Shown here piece after piece: positions 1-12,358 of a stretch of 64,000 nt of DNA. Source of the stretch: Vicugna vicugna (Eukaryota); assembly GCA_013265495.1 (NCBI GenBank), contig MU058836.1, positions 496,001 through 560,000 on the forward strand, written 5' to 3'. The notes beneath the pieces were generated by a model. That model was not told the DNA's origin. It saw only the letters and a list, made by a program, of their open reading frames with translations, and did no database searches. The position numbers and the translations under genes were made by a program. Each line of letters opens with the position of its first letter. Position 1 is the first letter of the stretch.

Positions 1-909
1 AAAGCTTCCAATTCTTTAATCCCATCAAATTTTGGAACGGACATCACTGTCACGATACTTTTTTCTTCCTCCTTCTTGTGTTCAGCCAGTATCCCATGGG
101 TGATTTTTACATATTTTGCAAGTAATTTTGCTTTTTGACGGTTGATTTGCATTCTCAGGGGGAAAGCTGGAGCTGTGTCATCTGAAGATGTGGGTTCTGG
201 TCCTGGCTTTACCACTTGTGTTCCGTTTTCCTCGTCTACCATCATGCAGGATAACACTTCTAGCGGGACGATCATAAGGGTTAAGCAATACATGTAAAAA
301 CGACTGGATGAGTTTTTAGCATAGAATAGATAGATACTTGGTAAGCATTGAAACAAAATCTTTTACAAAATGTCCAGTTTGATTTCTCTCGTTAGTAAGC
401 AAATTTATATCGTGGCATGACTGTTACAAAGGTCTTCATACTTTATGACCTCCTGTGGGTTTTTATGTTACTGGTAAATTCAAATCTTGTGTGTTGTGTG
501 TCTACTGTGTGACTGACTTTGTACTCTGCACTGAGCCTATAAAGCTAAGTAGGAAATGGTTGCTACCCCTGGAAGCATTTATAGTAAAGAATCACAACCC
601 AGCACATTGAGGTATGTTAAGTGCTAGATGGAGGTACCTGTAAAATAGTGCAAAGCAAGTGTGGTGTCATGGCTCATCTCCCACAGGACTTTAATACATT
701 TAGTGGAATATCTTCTGTAGAAGCTTTTACAAGAGCTCTTATTGAAATGCTCTTAGCTGAGAATTCAAGACTTTACCCATGCCTTTGACCATCTTCCTGT
801 AAGAAATAGAGACAACACTTTGCTGAATCTTCCTCCCACCAATTCTTCCCCTCATTCCCATTCTGACGTTTAGAGGTGAGCAGAGAAGACCCACCTGCTA
901 TCATAAGTT

Positions 910-1243
910 GAGGTGGGCAAACTCTAGCCTCTGGACCAAATCTGGCCCCCGGCCTTTTCTTATATGGCCCGCCAGCTAAGAATGGTTTTGACATTTTTTA
1001 AATGGTTGAAAAAAAAAATCAAGAGAGTAATATTTCGTGACCTGTGAAATTATATGAATTTCAAATTCCAGTTGTCCGTAAATACGGTTTTATTGGAACA
1101 CAGCCACGCTCATCCATTTCCGTATTGTCTGGGGCTGCTTTCAAAGCTACACGATAATTGAGTAGTTGTGACAGACTGTGTGGTCCAGAAAGCCCTAAAT
1201 CCTCGCTTCTGTGGCCATTCACAGAAGAAGTTTGCCAGCCTGG
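910..1243. mobile_element. MER58B-like hAT-Charlie DNA transposon fossil
   Basis: Termini ggcaaact... and ...aagtttgccagcctg; diagnostic internal ttttattggaacacagccacgctcat and agctaagaatggtttt. Confidence 0.8.
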
Positions 1244-2809
1244 GCTGTGAGTCCTTTAAAATCTCTGCAGCACTACACGTTCTCAGTGTGGGACCGAGAT
1301 GGGCATTTCTGATGTAAGAGGCAGTTTTTCCATGTTCTCTGCTGTCACTTCTTTTAGAAATAGAAAGTGCATTTGGCCTTTCTTTTTAACATGAACATGC
1401 AGTATTAGGTGATGTGAACAACCTGATTGGGTGTCTCTTTTTGAAGGTACAAATGTTAAGTCAGTAGGTGGGGGACTCTGGACACGTTAAGTGGATTTTT
1501 CCTCATCCCAGTCTCCCCCACTTACTGTCTGCTAAGTGATTTGAAGACAGGGGTGTCCAGTTTCATTCTTTCCTTAACAAGCAAGTTTTTAATCAGTCGT
1601 TCCTAGAAGACTGGGTTCGCCTCCCCAGGGCAATGGGAGAATGCATGTGCAACTTGGCCATGTTTGTAAATCACATAACACTCCCCACCCTTAGAAGAAG
1701 GCCTGAGTAGGGAAATTCTTCTGTATGCTCGGGACAGATCGAAATCATTTTGCTGAATGGTTAAAAAGCAGCAAACAAAAAGATTCACGGAATGGTGTGG
1801 CTTGAACTTTAAGCGGGAGCGTAGAAGGGCTTGCAGTGTCCCTGCTCCAGAGGCAGAGCGTTTGCTGGTGGTGGGGACTTCATCTGCCCTCGTTACTGGA
1901 CAGCTGACTTCATCGTGACTCTGAGTTAGTGGCCTTCGCGGGGGACTTAGGATTCGAGGGCTTTCACAAGTAACTTTCACGGGACATGAGGATTTGCACA
2001 TAGTTTTATCTGAGCGATGATGTATTTGAACACTCTGCCCTTTAAAAATATGGGTGACTTCTTTTGCCTTCAGAAGACTCCAGGCAGCCAGGTTCTAAGA
2101 ACTCAAACTCAGCCTTGCTGTCTTGCTCCCTCTGTTGTGGGCCTTTTGGGAAACAAGGTAATAAATTGCTTCTCTCCAAGGATAAAAGGGACCAGCCCTC
2201 AATATGCCCTCTGTCCCGTTAAGAAGTTGGTCAGATACCTGCCAGTTTCTAGGTCCAGAAAATAATGATCATTACCAGGATATCATTTCAGAAGCCGACT
2301 TAGAAATATATTGGAATTTTAATATAAAGTCTGTCTACCCTTTGACTTTGGCCCTATAATTTCACATTTGGAAATTTAGCCTATAAAATTTAAACATGAA
2401 AGGAAAGGTTTACATACAGTGAGGCTTATTACTGTATTTTTAACAGGGAAAAGCTAGAAATAACCAAAGGTAAACTCACACAGGAAGAGTCAGGGAAACT
2501 GTAAGATATCCACCTGACAAACTGCTATATAGTGATTAAAAATGAACGTATACCGAGATTGATTTTTATGTCATACCAGGCATCAAAGAGCGGGGCACAC
2601 GCGTGTGTTCTGCTCTGATCACAGCAGCACACATCATCTGTTGCAGGGGGAACAGGGATGCAGAGATGCAACAACTTGCTAACAGTTACGATGGATGGGG
2701 CGTTGGATTTTAAATGAGGATTTCCTATTTTCTCATTTTTCTTGGCAAACATTTATAGGAAAGACAAATATATGGTGTGAAAATGCAGACACCCGGTAGC
2801 CAGGAGGTG

Positions 2810-3600
2810 AGAACCGTGCCTGCCCTAGTCTAGACACTGTGCTGGCCAGTGGAGACCCAGCCGTGAACAGGATGCAGTGTCCGACCTCATGGAGTTTACA
2901 GTTCAGTGGGGGAGACTGGCCATGAACAGTTAATTACTGAGGGTTTTTTTTTTTTTATTAAAGTATAGTTGATTTACAATGCTGTCTTAGTTTCAGGTGC
3001 ATAGCACAGTGATTCAATATACAGATTCTTTTCCATTATAGGTTATTGGATGATATCGAATATACTTCCCTGTGCCGTATAATCACTGAGATATAAAAGG
3101 GGAGGGCAGGATGCTATGAATGCCCAGAGCGAGGATATTTAACCAAGGAGGAGTTCAGAGGTGTGGTTCTCCAGTTGTAGTGACATTAAGCAAAGCTGGA
3201 AGACTTAGGAGGCACCACGTGGGGGGAGGCAGGCTTGAGAGAATTTCAGGCGGAGCACGTGGCACGTGCGGGGAGAGGCACAAAGTCAAGAGCTTGGCCC
3301 GTTCCAGGAGCCCCAGTAAGGTCAGGGCAGTGGGAGCAGAGGGGAGTCCGTCTAAGGCGAGGATGGTGGGCCCTGGAGAATATGATAGTCAGACATGTAA
3401 ACCACAATGAGAAGCTAGGGTTTTATCCTCAGGGCGAGCAGAGACTAACATGAGCGGATTTCTTTATTTTATTATATTCTTTAATTGCTCAGACCGCACT
3501 AGAGAAACAGATACAAGAGGTGGTGAGAAAGACTCTGGGAAGCCAGCAAGGAGGGCAGGAGGGTCATCCAGGTACAAGACGGTGGCTCAGAAATGCAGCA
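2810..3600 (-). mobile_element. L2 LINE fragment, interrupted by an L1 3' end
   Basis: L2 antisense motifs cactgtgctggcc...ctcatggagtttacagttcagtggggga and downstream GA-rich L2-like sequence. Confidence 0.6.
2944..3080 (-). mobile_element. 5'-truncated L1 3' end (cetartiodactyl type)
   Basis: Poly-T then aagtatagttgatttacaatg...tttcaggtg...acagtgattca; degenerate TSD aattactgag/aatcactgag. Confidence 0.8.
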
Positions 3601-3978
3601 TGGGTCTTCCTTTTGTTTGGCGATTAATACTGGATTGCTGATTGGGGGGCTTAAAAGGACAGTACGAACAAAGAATTTTTATTTTAAAATCTTCTAATTC
3701 CATAGCACACGTTTTTGTTTTTATTTTTAAACAAAGATTTTAGAAATCTTTAGGACAAATAGCTCCTCGGTGAGCCCCGGGTGAACATTGTACCCTAAAA
3801 ATGTCATGCACTCTTAAAATTGTGCGGAATCCAAAATGCTAACAGTTTCCCAGTAAAAGGAAAAGAAAGAGGAAGGAGGAAAAGAAAAAATAACATTTGG
3901 TCGGGTGACAGATCTCCTTCTGTCACTGTGAGTTCCTTGATAGGCATGGGGCCCAGCACACAGCAGGCCTCCAGGAGT

Positions 3979-4010
3979 CATGAATGAATGAATGAATGAA
4001 TGAATGAATG
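3979..4010. repeat. (GAAT)n microsatellite, typical L2 tail
   Basis: atgaatgaatgaatgaatgaatgaatgaatg. Confidence 0.85.
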
Positions 4011-4775
4011 CAAACTACTAGATTCAAGAAGATGTTGGAAGTTTCTTTTCTGGCCTTTCTTGGTTTCATTATTTTTGTTTCCTGGCACCTACCTGCCCCT
4101 CCTGCCCGTATACACACCTACAGTTGGCCTGGCTAAAGCGGAGAGAAAGTGATGGGGAAAGGCAGCCTATTAAATACTGATCATTTCAAAATATTATTCC
4201 TTCGCATATTTCAAAATTAGGCCAGTTGGATACTTGCCTCCTTTTCTTGAAAAAAACTGGCAACCCAGAAAACTTTTATTCAAATATTTGTCATAAATGC
4301 TATTTGGTGAAAGTGTAGACTTTGTGGCGAAACATGACTTCATAAATATGCATTTACGATGCTTCTTATACATGTTTCCAAAAGCCAAAATTGGAAAAGG
4401 CCACATTCCCAGAAAGGGGAAGGAAACCATTGTTTGAGAGACCGTGCTGCCCCCTTTTACGAGTGAGGACTTCAGGGACACGCCCGTGCAGTCATTTGCT
4501 CAGAGTCTCGTGGTTCATGGCAAACCCTGAACTTGAACTCAGGTCTGTGTGCCTTCAAAGCTCAGGCTCCTGGTGTCGTCCCTTTTGGCTTCTGTGTCAT
4601 AAAAATAAAGAAATAAACATCTATACAGGGGTGTAGGCATGAGGCTAGTAGATAAAGCCCTTGTGAGGGAGGTGCTTTAAGCAAAAGTCCTAGAAGACTG
4701 TCAGTGTGGGCTCTTGGAGGGGAGGAAAGAGAAATAAAGGTTCTGAACTTGACTTCCTCCTCACCTTAGTCTGTT

Positions 4776-5140
4776 GATATCACTTATATGTGGAATCTTT
4801 AAAAAAAAAGAGAGAGAGAGATACAAATTTTACTTACAAACCAAAAACAGACTCACAGACATAGGAAACAAACTATGGTTACCAAAGGGGAAAGGGCAGG
4901 GAGGGATAAATTACGGATTGGAGATTAACAGACACACATTACTATACATAAAATAGATAAACCACGAGGACTGACTGCAGAGCACAGGGAACTGTATTCA
5001 ATTCCTTGTAATAACATAATGGAAGAGAATCTGAGAAGAAAATAGATGTATGTATGTATATGTATAACGGAATCACTTTGCTGTACACCTGAATCGAACA
5101 CTGTAAATCAACGACACTTCAATTTTTTTTTTTTTACAAA
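4776..5140 (+). mobile_element. L1 3'UTR fragment (cetartiodactyl type)
   Basis: gatatcacttatatgtggaatc...cagactcacagacatag...tggttaccaaagggg...aatcactttgctgtacacctgaa...tgtaaatcaac. Confidence 0.85.
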
Positions 5141-6678
5141 AAAACACTTTTTTAATGAGCAAAACAAGAATTTGCCTTCCCCAAGGGTTCAGCACTGAGG
5201 AAGATGTCTTCTCCATCCCCACGCTGAGCTGTTTTTAACGTCGCCTGATTTCATTCTTGTGGTTAGATCAATGGATTGTTTCTCTTGTTTGAAGAGAGCT
5301 TTTATCCTGAGTTTTCTCCCTCTTTTTAAGTATTGCCTACCCCCGCCCCCTCCTCCCCTACACACGATGTTGTTGGGACAATATTAAGCTTTTTCACGGG
5401 ACTGTCTGTTGGCCCCGATACTCTGCGTCTCTTTCTCTCCCGTTTGTCACAGTCGGTGCTGATGCTCCCATCTGCCAGGCATATGGAATTGGTGGTGCTC
5501 AGCGAATCTTTGTTCCAGTCTGGTCCCAGGGAATATTGTGCAAGTGTCTTGTAAATTCGCCCTCTCCTCTCCTGCAGGGGCCCTCATGACGCTCTGTCTC
5601 TACTGTAGTGGCGATGGAAATCTGTCTTGGAATCTAACCCACGAAGGCTGGGTTAGAGGCTTCCTCAACTAAACGGGGAGCCTCTGGAGGCCAGAACTGG
5701 GTCTCATTCATCTTTGTGGGCCCCTCCCTTGGCCCCCAGCAGGGGAAGCACGGAACCCGTCACTGTCTTGGTTTGAGTCATTCTGTTGGCTTGACTCCTG
5801 GGCTGTCACTCCTGATCATTCTCGGCATACAGCTGAAGAAGTTCTAAAAATAAACTAATGAAGAAGGTACACGTTGTGCTACTGATGATATGAGAAACCC
5901 CAAACAGAACGTCCTTCCCGAGTTTCTCAGTGTGGAGTTTCCATTTCTCGTAAATGATATTTTGAAGAGAATTTGGATTCCCACCCTATTCGGACCACGT
6001 TTTAGATAAACTAAAATCAGCCACAGTTCACACTTGAAAAGGGTTTTTAGGGATCAGTCATCTGGATTTTTCTCAGATAATCCCAGCTGTGATGAATTGG
6101 CTGTGGTCAGCTTCAAAACCTGTAGTGACACTAGACAGTAACAGTGTTGTCTTACACTTCACCCGGAGTTAGGAACCGGATCGTTGTCGTTTGGTGAACG
6201 CTGGGCCAGCCCTCAGCCCTCCGGGTGGACAGGCTCATGGTGGAGAAGGTGGTGACTCTCACTGCTGGTTTTCAGGGTATTTACAGAGGCTCTTCCCCTC
6301 CAGAAGTATGTGAAATTTGGGTAGTTTACCAAAGGTGCGCCCTTGAATTCAGCTCAAAAAAATGTTCATCGGACACCTGCTCTACACCCCAGGCTTCACA
6401 ATACTTACGCTTTTCAGCTCACTGTAGCTCACGTTTCTTATTAAATTTGGTAAGGAAGGTTCAAAGTTCCAGTAAAAATGGTGGAAAGTGGGAGCAAAAG
6501 ACGGGTCCACGAGAGAGCCAATGTGAAGCAAAGGCCCTCGTAGTCGCTGGAGGTGTTTGGTCCTGGTTCTAAAGGCACACCCACGGGAACATGGTGTTGG
6601 GAAACTCCATCCCCGTGGAAGAACCCCATTCATTCAGTTGTGGCTCATTCTTCCATGGTCTGTTTGGGTCTTTTTCAG

Positions 6679-6811
6679 GTAAGCCGTAACTTTGAGCTGG
6701 TTGGACGGGTTAACTTGGATCAGCTGGAACAGATGAAGGAAAAGATGGAGAGCTCCAGCAGTGACGAGGACGACAAGGAGGAAGAAATGAACAGCAAAGT
6801 GGATGACAGAG
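6679..6811 (+). CDS. Internal coding exon (133 nt, phase 0->1) of an unidentified gene; VSRNFELVGRVNLDQLEQMKEKMESSSSDEDDKEEEMNSKVDDR(G)
   Basis: Polypyrimidine acceptor gtctttttcAG (AG 6677-6678) and donor G|GTTAGT at 6812. Purine-rich coding-like composition; open in the frame of ORF 6553-6816; phase-compatible with downstream exons. Confidence 0.9.
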
Positions 6812-7299
6812 GTTAGTCTCATTCCCTGGCCTCTGAGCCCCAGATGGCATCCAGCCGTCCATGGGGAGACAGACGGGAGGCAGAAGGTTGGGGAAGGAGG
6901 AACAGAAGGAATGATCTTTCTTAGTTAAGTAGCAGAACAGACTGACTTAAGAAACATGTCAGGGGGCCTTGTCTTTGTAAACTGTTACCAGCTATAGAAA
7001 CTCCAAGGAAAACAGGCATTTTCTCTTTATAGATAGACGTTTATTAAAAATAGACAGCGATGGTATGTCTTCATTCGGGAAAACTGGTATCTGGAGAATC
7101 CTCAGAATAAGGACAGACAGAGGGCGAGATGGATGACCTTGTAAAAGTGAACGACGAATGTAAATGAACTTCCAATTGGACGCTTATTTAAAATTGCTGC
7201 TCCTGGGGGAGGCTGCGGAGGCCTGGAGCCCAGGTCTTCTCTTCGTGTCCTGCTTCGTGGCCCTCCTCTTGACCCCTTGCTGCTGCCTTTGCTTTGAAG

Positions 7300-7381
7300 G
7301 AGAGAGAGACACCAGTGGCTTTTATTTGACTGTGTTTACTGGGGATGGTTTCGTGGGATTTTTCTGTTATTCCAACTTTCG
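7300..7381 (+). CDS. Coding exon (82 nt, phase 1->2), probably a cassette; (G)ERDTSGFYLTVFTGDGFVGFFCYSNF(R)
   Basis: Acceptor gcctttgctttgaAG (AG 7298-7299) and strong donor CG|GTGAGT at 7382. Length mod 3 = 1 supplies exactly the phase shift needed to join 6679-6811 in frame to the long reading of the last exon; no stops. Confidence 0.75.
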
Positions 7382-7629
7382 GTGAGTCGATAATCATTTT
7401 CAAAATGAGGTTTTTCAGAGTGAGTTTAGATGTCGACATACATGTACAGGATCTAGAGCTGGTTTTGTGTATTGTTCAACATGGACTATTACGGAAAACC
7501 CAAGACTGTACATCTAAGAATGTACGTTGGGCTGTTTTACTTTGGTGATTGCAGGTTTATCAAAAGCACGTGGGTAACATAGACATGAGAAAGAAATACG
7601 ACAGATACCATCCCAGTGATGAGAAGAAG

Positions 7630-7930
7630 AGCATTAGTGGTCATTTTTGAGCACCACTCTGTGCCAGGCCTAGTGTTGGTGGTTTTTATAACGTTTTTTT
7701 CTTTAATCTGATGTAACATAACAGGGATCTGCAGTTGGCCTGTCTGGATTTGACTCTCAGTTCCGCTACTTATTAGTTTTGTGGCTTTGGGTCACTTATA
7801 TTCTCTCCTTGTACATTCATTGGCCGTAAAATGATGATGATGGTGACGTACCTCCTAGGGTTGTGTACATCGTAAATGAGATCGTGCACCAACGTTAGTC
7901 CGGCTCCTGGAACATCATAACCACCTAATA
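7630..7930. mobile_element. MIR SINE fragments
   Basis: gagcaccactctgtgccaggcc; tggctttgggtcactta...tgtacatcgtaaatgagat. Confidence 0.55.
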
Positions 7931-8809
7931 AACGATAAAACCCTGTCATGTAGGTGGTATTATTGCCATTGGGAGATAAAGGCCCAGAATATGTAAAGAG
8001 CTTGTTCAAAGTTAAAAAGAAAAGACTGGAGGTCGTGTTGAAGTGTTCTGGCTCCCATGCATCTTTTACCCCACTTCCCATACCTTCTGGGCAGTGGGAT
8101 GGTCTTCGTGGGAGGGAACCTGGCCCTGAATTCTGTCAGTTCAGTGGCCCTTCGGGCCTCACTCTAAGGTGCATTTTTGCAGAATTTCTTGGTTTTTCCG
8201 GCTGGGTCAGTCTGCAAGTCTAAGAAAGCTGACTTAGTAGCCATCTCCCTCCTGGATTCTTACTCCCTGTTCTTTCTCCTGACTTGTGCAGACTTCCACC
8301 CCCATCCCTTCCCCACTCCCACCATATTTTATCTCCGCTCTACCAGGAGACCCCAGGCTTGCAAAGTAGGGGTCTGGTTTGGCTCCTGAACCCCCGGCCA
8401 AGACAACAGCAGGGACTGGCAACCAAAGTGTGTCTGCTCTTCCAAACTCCTGTGCCCGTGTTCACCCTGAAAAATAGATGGATAAATAAAATGTCTGCAC
8501 CATATTGATTGACAGCCCCTTGTAAAGTTACAACTTTTATTAGTAGGGGCTGAGTGATCCATTTCTTACAAGGAACACAGCTGTGATCCGAGAAGCATGG
8601 TTTTTAAACTTTCTTTTCCTTAGCATTTCACAAATACGTTCTTAGTGATGAATTCTTTAACGTCTGTGCGCTGTTACCAGAGTTCTCTGGAAGAGGATAC
8701 TTTTGACAGAGGGTACACGGGCTCCTTTCCTTCATGGTGCTTTGTGCCTGGCCGTTCCTCTCCAGGAAATAAATTGTCCTCATTGGAAACCGTCGCTTTT
8801 AATCTCTAG

Positions 8810-8889
8810 AGCTGAGTACACGTGATTTTACTGGTTATAAGCATTGCGGAGGCAAGAACTCCTTTCCGTACCCCCCCCCACCGTGGTGA
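8810..8889 (+). other. Candidate alternative terminal exon (phase 1): (E)LSTRDFTGYKHCGGKNSFPYPPPPW*
   Basis: Acceptor gcttttaatctctAG (AG 8808-8809); reads in frame with the 6811 donor to TGA 8887-8889; AATAAA at 8899-8904. Confidence 0.4.
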
Positions 8890-11800
8890 CACCTCCAAAA
8901 TAAAAGCATAGCTGGTTAGAAGGGAAGAGACCGCCCTTAGGTGTGAGAGGCAGTGGGCACACTTCTGGCCTGACCAGCTCGGTGTGGCTGGAGAGAACTT
9001 CGTGGTGTCTGATCCCCTCTCCTGGGAAAGTGTAGCATCCACATTCTGGGGCCTGAACCACCTGGGAACAAAAGTCTCGAGGTGGGGCAGCCTGGATTCC
9101 TCTCTGAGGGTGCGGGATTTACATGAGTAACTTCTAGTCATGTTAATGAGAATTACAAGCCCAAAACCTTCCTGTCCCCCTCGCCGTCCCCCTCGCTGAT
9201 CCTTGAAAGGGGTGCCCCTTTGTCTCATCGCCTTTGAATCAATTTTCCACCATCTAGGTGTATTCTCGCCAACGAGCAGAAACGGCACACAATAGCCTCG
9301 GGGCGTGTTTGCCAGACGGTCTGTCTTCCAGGAGTAGAGAGCGGGAGGTGGCTTTAGCACAACGCTTGGGGCTAATGGGGAGCTATTTGATGTGTGACAG
9401 GTAATGATTGGCTTCCTCCTTTGAGGATGAAGCAGCGTGAGCCACTGGGAAGAATAGATGGCTGGTTTCATGTTTCCTAAGGGTAAGCGGGCGAGTGTGC
9501 CAGCAGCCAGCCCCTCGTTGGCAACGTAGACGCTCATCAGGCGCTCAGGTCGGGGGGCTCACGTCCTTGGAGCCACCCCGTTCCCACCATCCTTTCCCAG
9601 CACGGGAACCAGGGTGTGGACGGACTGTGGCCACACGGCAGGACCTGCCCCAGAAGGAAGCCCGGAGGGATTCTGAAAGAGAAGAAACCAGGCATGAAGA
9701 AATCAAAATTAACCCAAGCAGAATCCTCCCCACCCCCTCTCATTATGCAGTTGGGAGGAGTCAGGAAGGCATTCTGTTGATTTCTTGCCCAAGATAATCC
9801 CTGCTAAGGAATTAATGCGCCGAGCAGATGGTGCTGTCTCATTTCCAATGAAAAGAATCAAGGAAGATAGTCTGTGCAATTATTTTTAATGGCTTGTGTG
9901 GTGATCTTCTTAATTTGTGAGAAAATGTTTCATCTTTTGTTAAAACTGGCCCCATTCACATTGCTTTTTGTGCGAAAGATTAAGGCAGCACAGAGACACC
10001 TAGCCCGTTAACGTCATCGGAGGGTTTTAATTCGATGGCGTATTTCAGCCAGGAGACATCTTCCTGTGACATCTTGGAGGTGCAGGCAGCGAGTGATCAG
10101 ATATGCAGAGACGATCAGCATTCCCCCGTGCAGGGCCCTCACTCTGCAACCTGGCTGCGGACCCGTCGAGGGCCTGCTGTTTATGAGCCACGTGAAGACA
10201 TGGCCCTCTGTGGTATAATGAAAGACATATGGGCTTGGGACTCAGGGTAACACAAAGGCCGTAGAAGCTCTCGTCTCTGAGTTGGCCTGTAAACAATGAG
10301 CCAGCCAATCTGCATTTCTCCAACCCCTCACATGTGCCCAGGGCTGTGGAGGAAATAAAAGGACAGTCAATATTTGATGTTGACAACAGACCTGTCCAGA
10401 AATGTCTGCCTAGCCCCACATTCAAATACACCGATGGAGGCGGAGACGCCGGGCAGCTGGCCAGGACCCCTTCTTAGTGGAAGACGTGCTTTCACATACC
10501 GGCCTCCTTGTGGTCGGGGTCCACGTTCCTGTGCGGTTCTTTGCTTGCAGACCTCCTGCGGTGCTCGCAGCCGCCCTGGGCGGGTGTTATGACATCCTCA
10601 GCAGATGACCACGAGTCGTGAGCCCTCAGCCTTCCAGGGAACGTGTCGAAACCCTGAGGTCTTACTATGTGTGTTACCTGGTTCGGTGCTTTCGGTAGCT
10701 TGTGTTCTTTTTAGCAAGCAAAATGATAAACTTGGGGGTCAGATAGAAAATGAAGAGGTGCTTGATGACGAGGCCCTGATACAGAGCATCACAGAATGGG
10801 GAGATTTGATAGGAAAAAAAAATGCTCAGGTGCCTCTGGGATGAACCGAAGTGGTTCTTCAGGCAAGACAGACCCAGATGGTTTGTGATGGAGGCAACTG
10901 GGAGGTGAGGAGAAACTGGGGACAGCTGGGGCCCGGGAACCAGGAATCATTCTTGAGAGAGTTTCAAGAAGTACCCTTTGGTGAAAAGGCAGTAGGAAAA
11001 GGTAAGGCGTCTGGAAACGGCTTTCAGCGATGGGCTTTACGAGTGCAGGCAGGAGAGGCGGCTCCTGGTGAGCACTGACTGCTGTCTACCGCCCACTCCC
11101 GCGGCGCGCGGGTAACATCTCCGCTTTCTCCTTGCAGATCTGATGCGGTTTTCTGACCGTGGGGCTGCTGTCAGCACTGAGAAGCGTTTTCCGTGTGAAT
11201 TTTGCGGCCGGGCGTTTTCCCAGGGCTCGGAGTGGGAAAGGCACGTGCTGAGACACGGCATGTAAGTCGAGCCATCCCAAGACGGCCTCTGCCCAACGTG
11301 CCAGGTGGCAGTTTCCCCTGACGACACAGAGACCCCTCTGTCACATTTCCGGGCATGGGAGGAGAGGCAGTTGTCATGAACTGGGTTTCTCCCTTTCCGT
11401 TGGTTCTTGTAAATGGTCACCCAGACACAAGTCAAATGAGGAGAAATCATCTTGACAAATGACAGATCCTCGTGTAGACGTTTAGCGCTGTCTCCAGCCC
11501 GTGTCCCTTCAGCTTTCATTAGCATGACGTTCTCTGCTAGAGCGTGGACCGGGGTCCAAAGATCTGGCTTCTGTTCCTGCCTCTGTGATGACTCATTCCC
11601 TGAGTGGCCTTGAACCTTCCCACGCACCTCTTGGTGCCTTCAATGCTCTGCCTCGGGGACAGAGCCCGCTTCTGCCTGCCTCCCAGGTAGGTGGGAGCAT
11701 ACCCGTACAACACTCTTAAGACCCTTGAACGTAAAATTGTCCCCTAGACAAGCCACTTGTAGCCCAGCAGACCCTGGGAGAACCTAGGAGTTGGTCCTTT

Positions 11801-12358
11801 CAGGAGAAAAACGCCCAGAAACGGGGAGCATCTAAACTTCAGAGACTATAACTAGCTTCCCAAGACTTGGGTCCCATCTTTAGATTTTTGTTTCTTGTTT
11901 CTTTCTATGATTTGTTTCTGGACCTGTGAAGTCTTTGATACCCAAGGAGCTCCTTTTGTAAGAAATATAGCAGATCTCCAAGCTCCTGGGTTCCTCTGAT
12001 GAGTCCGAGCAGAATACAGTTCTTGCTGTTACCACTTACGACTTACTCTGTTCCCAGTAGTGGAGGGAACAGAAAATAATTATGTTACTCTGGGAACAGC
12101 ATGGTGTAGTCAAAACCTAGTATCGTAGTGGGTTATTTTTATAGGTTCAAATCTTTAATCAGATACTAGAAATATATGACCTAAGCGTAACAGGTAGCAA
12201 GGATAAATCACTCGCAATTTAGTCCTACGTCTGTGGCATCTGTTCAGGGGAAACCCCCAAGGCCTTTTTAGGACCAGGGAAATAAGGACACGTGTGGGTT
12301 TTGTTTAATTAGAAAAAATATATCTACTCATGTGTCTGTACCGTAATTATTTTTCCAG

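Noticed and set aside
8806..9537. 243-aa minus-strand ORF, the longest in the window
   Set aside because: No recognisable domain; antisense to an intron; composition is consistent with a chance ORF in GC-rich DNA.
11037..11627. 196-aa minus-strand ORF in a CpG-enriched intronic patch
   Set aside because: Non-ATG start, no domain and no splice or promoter support.
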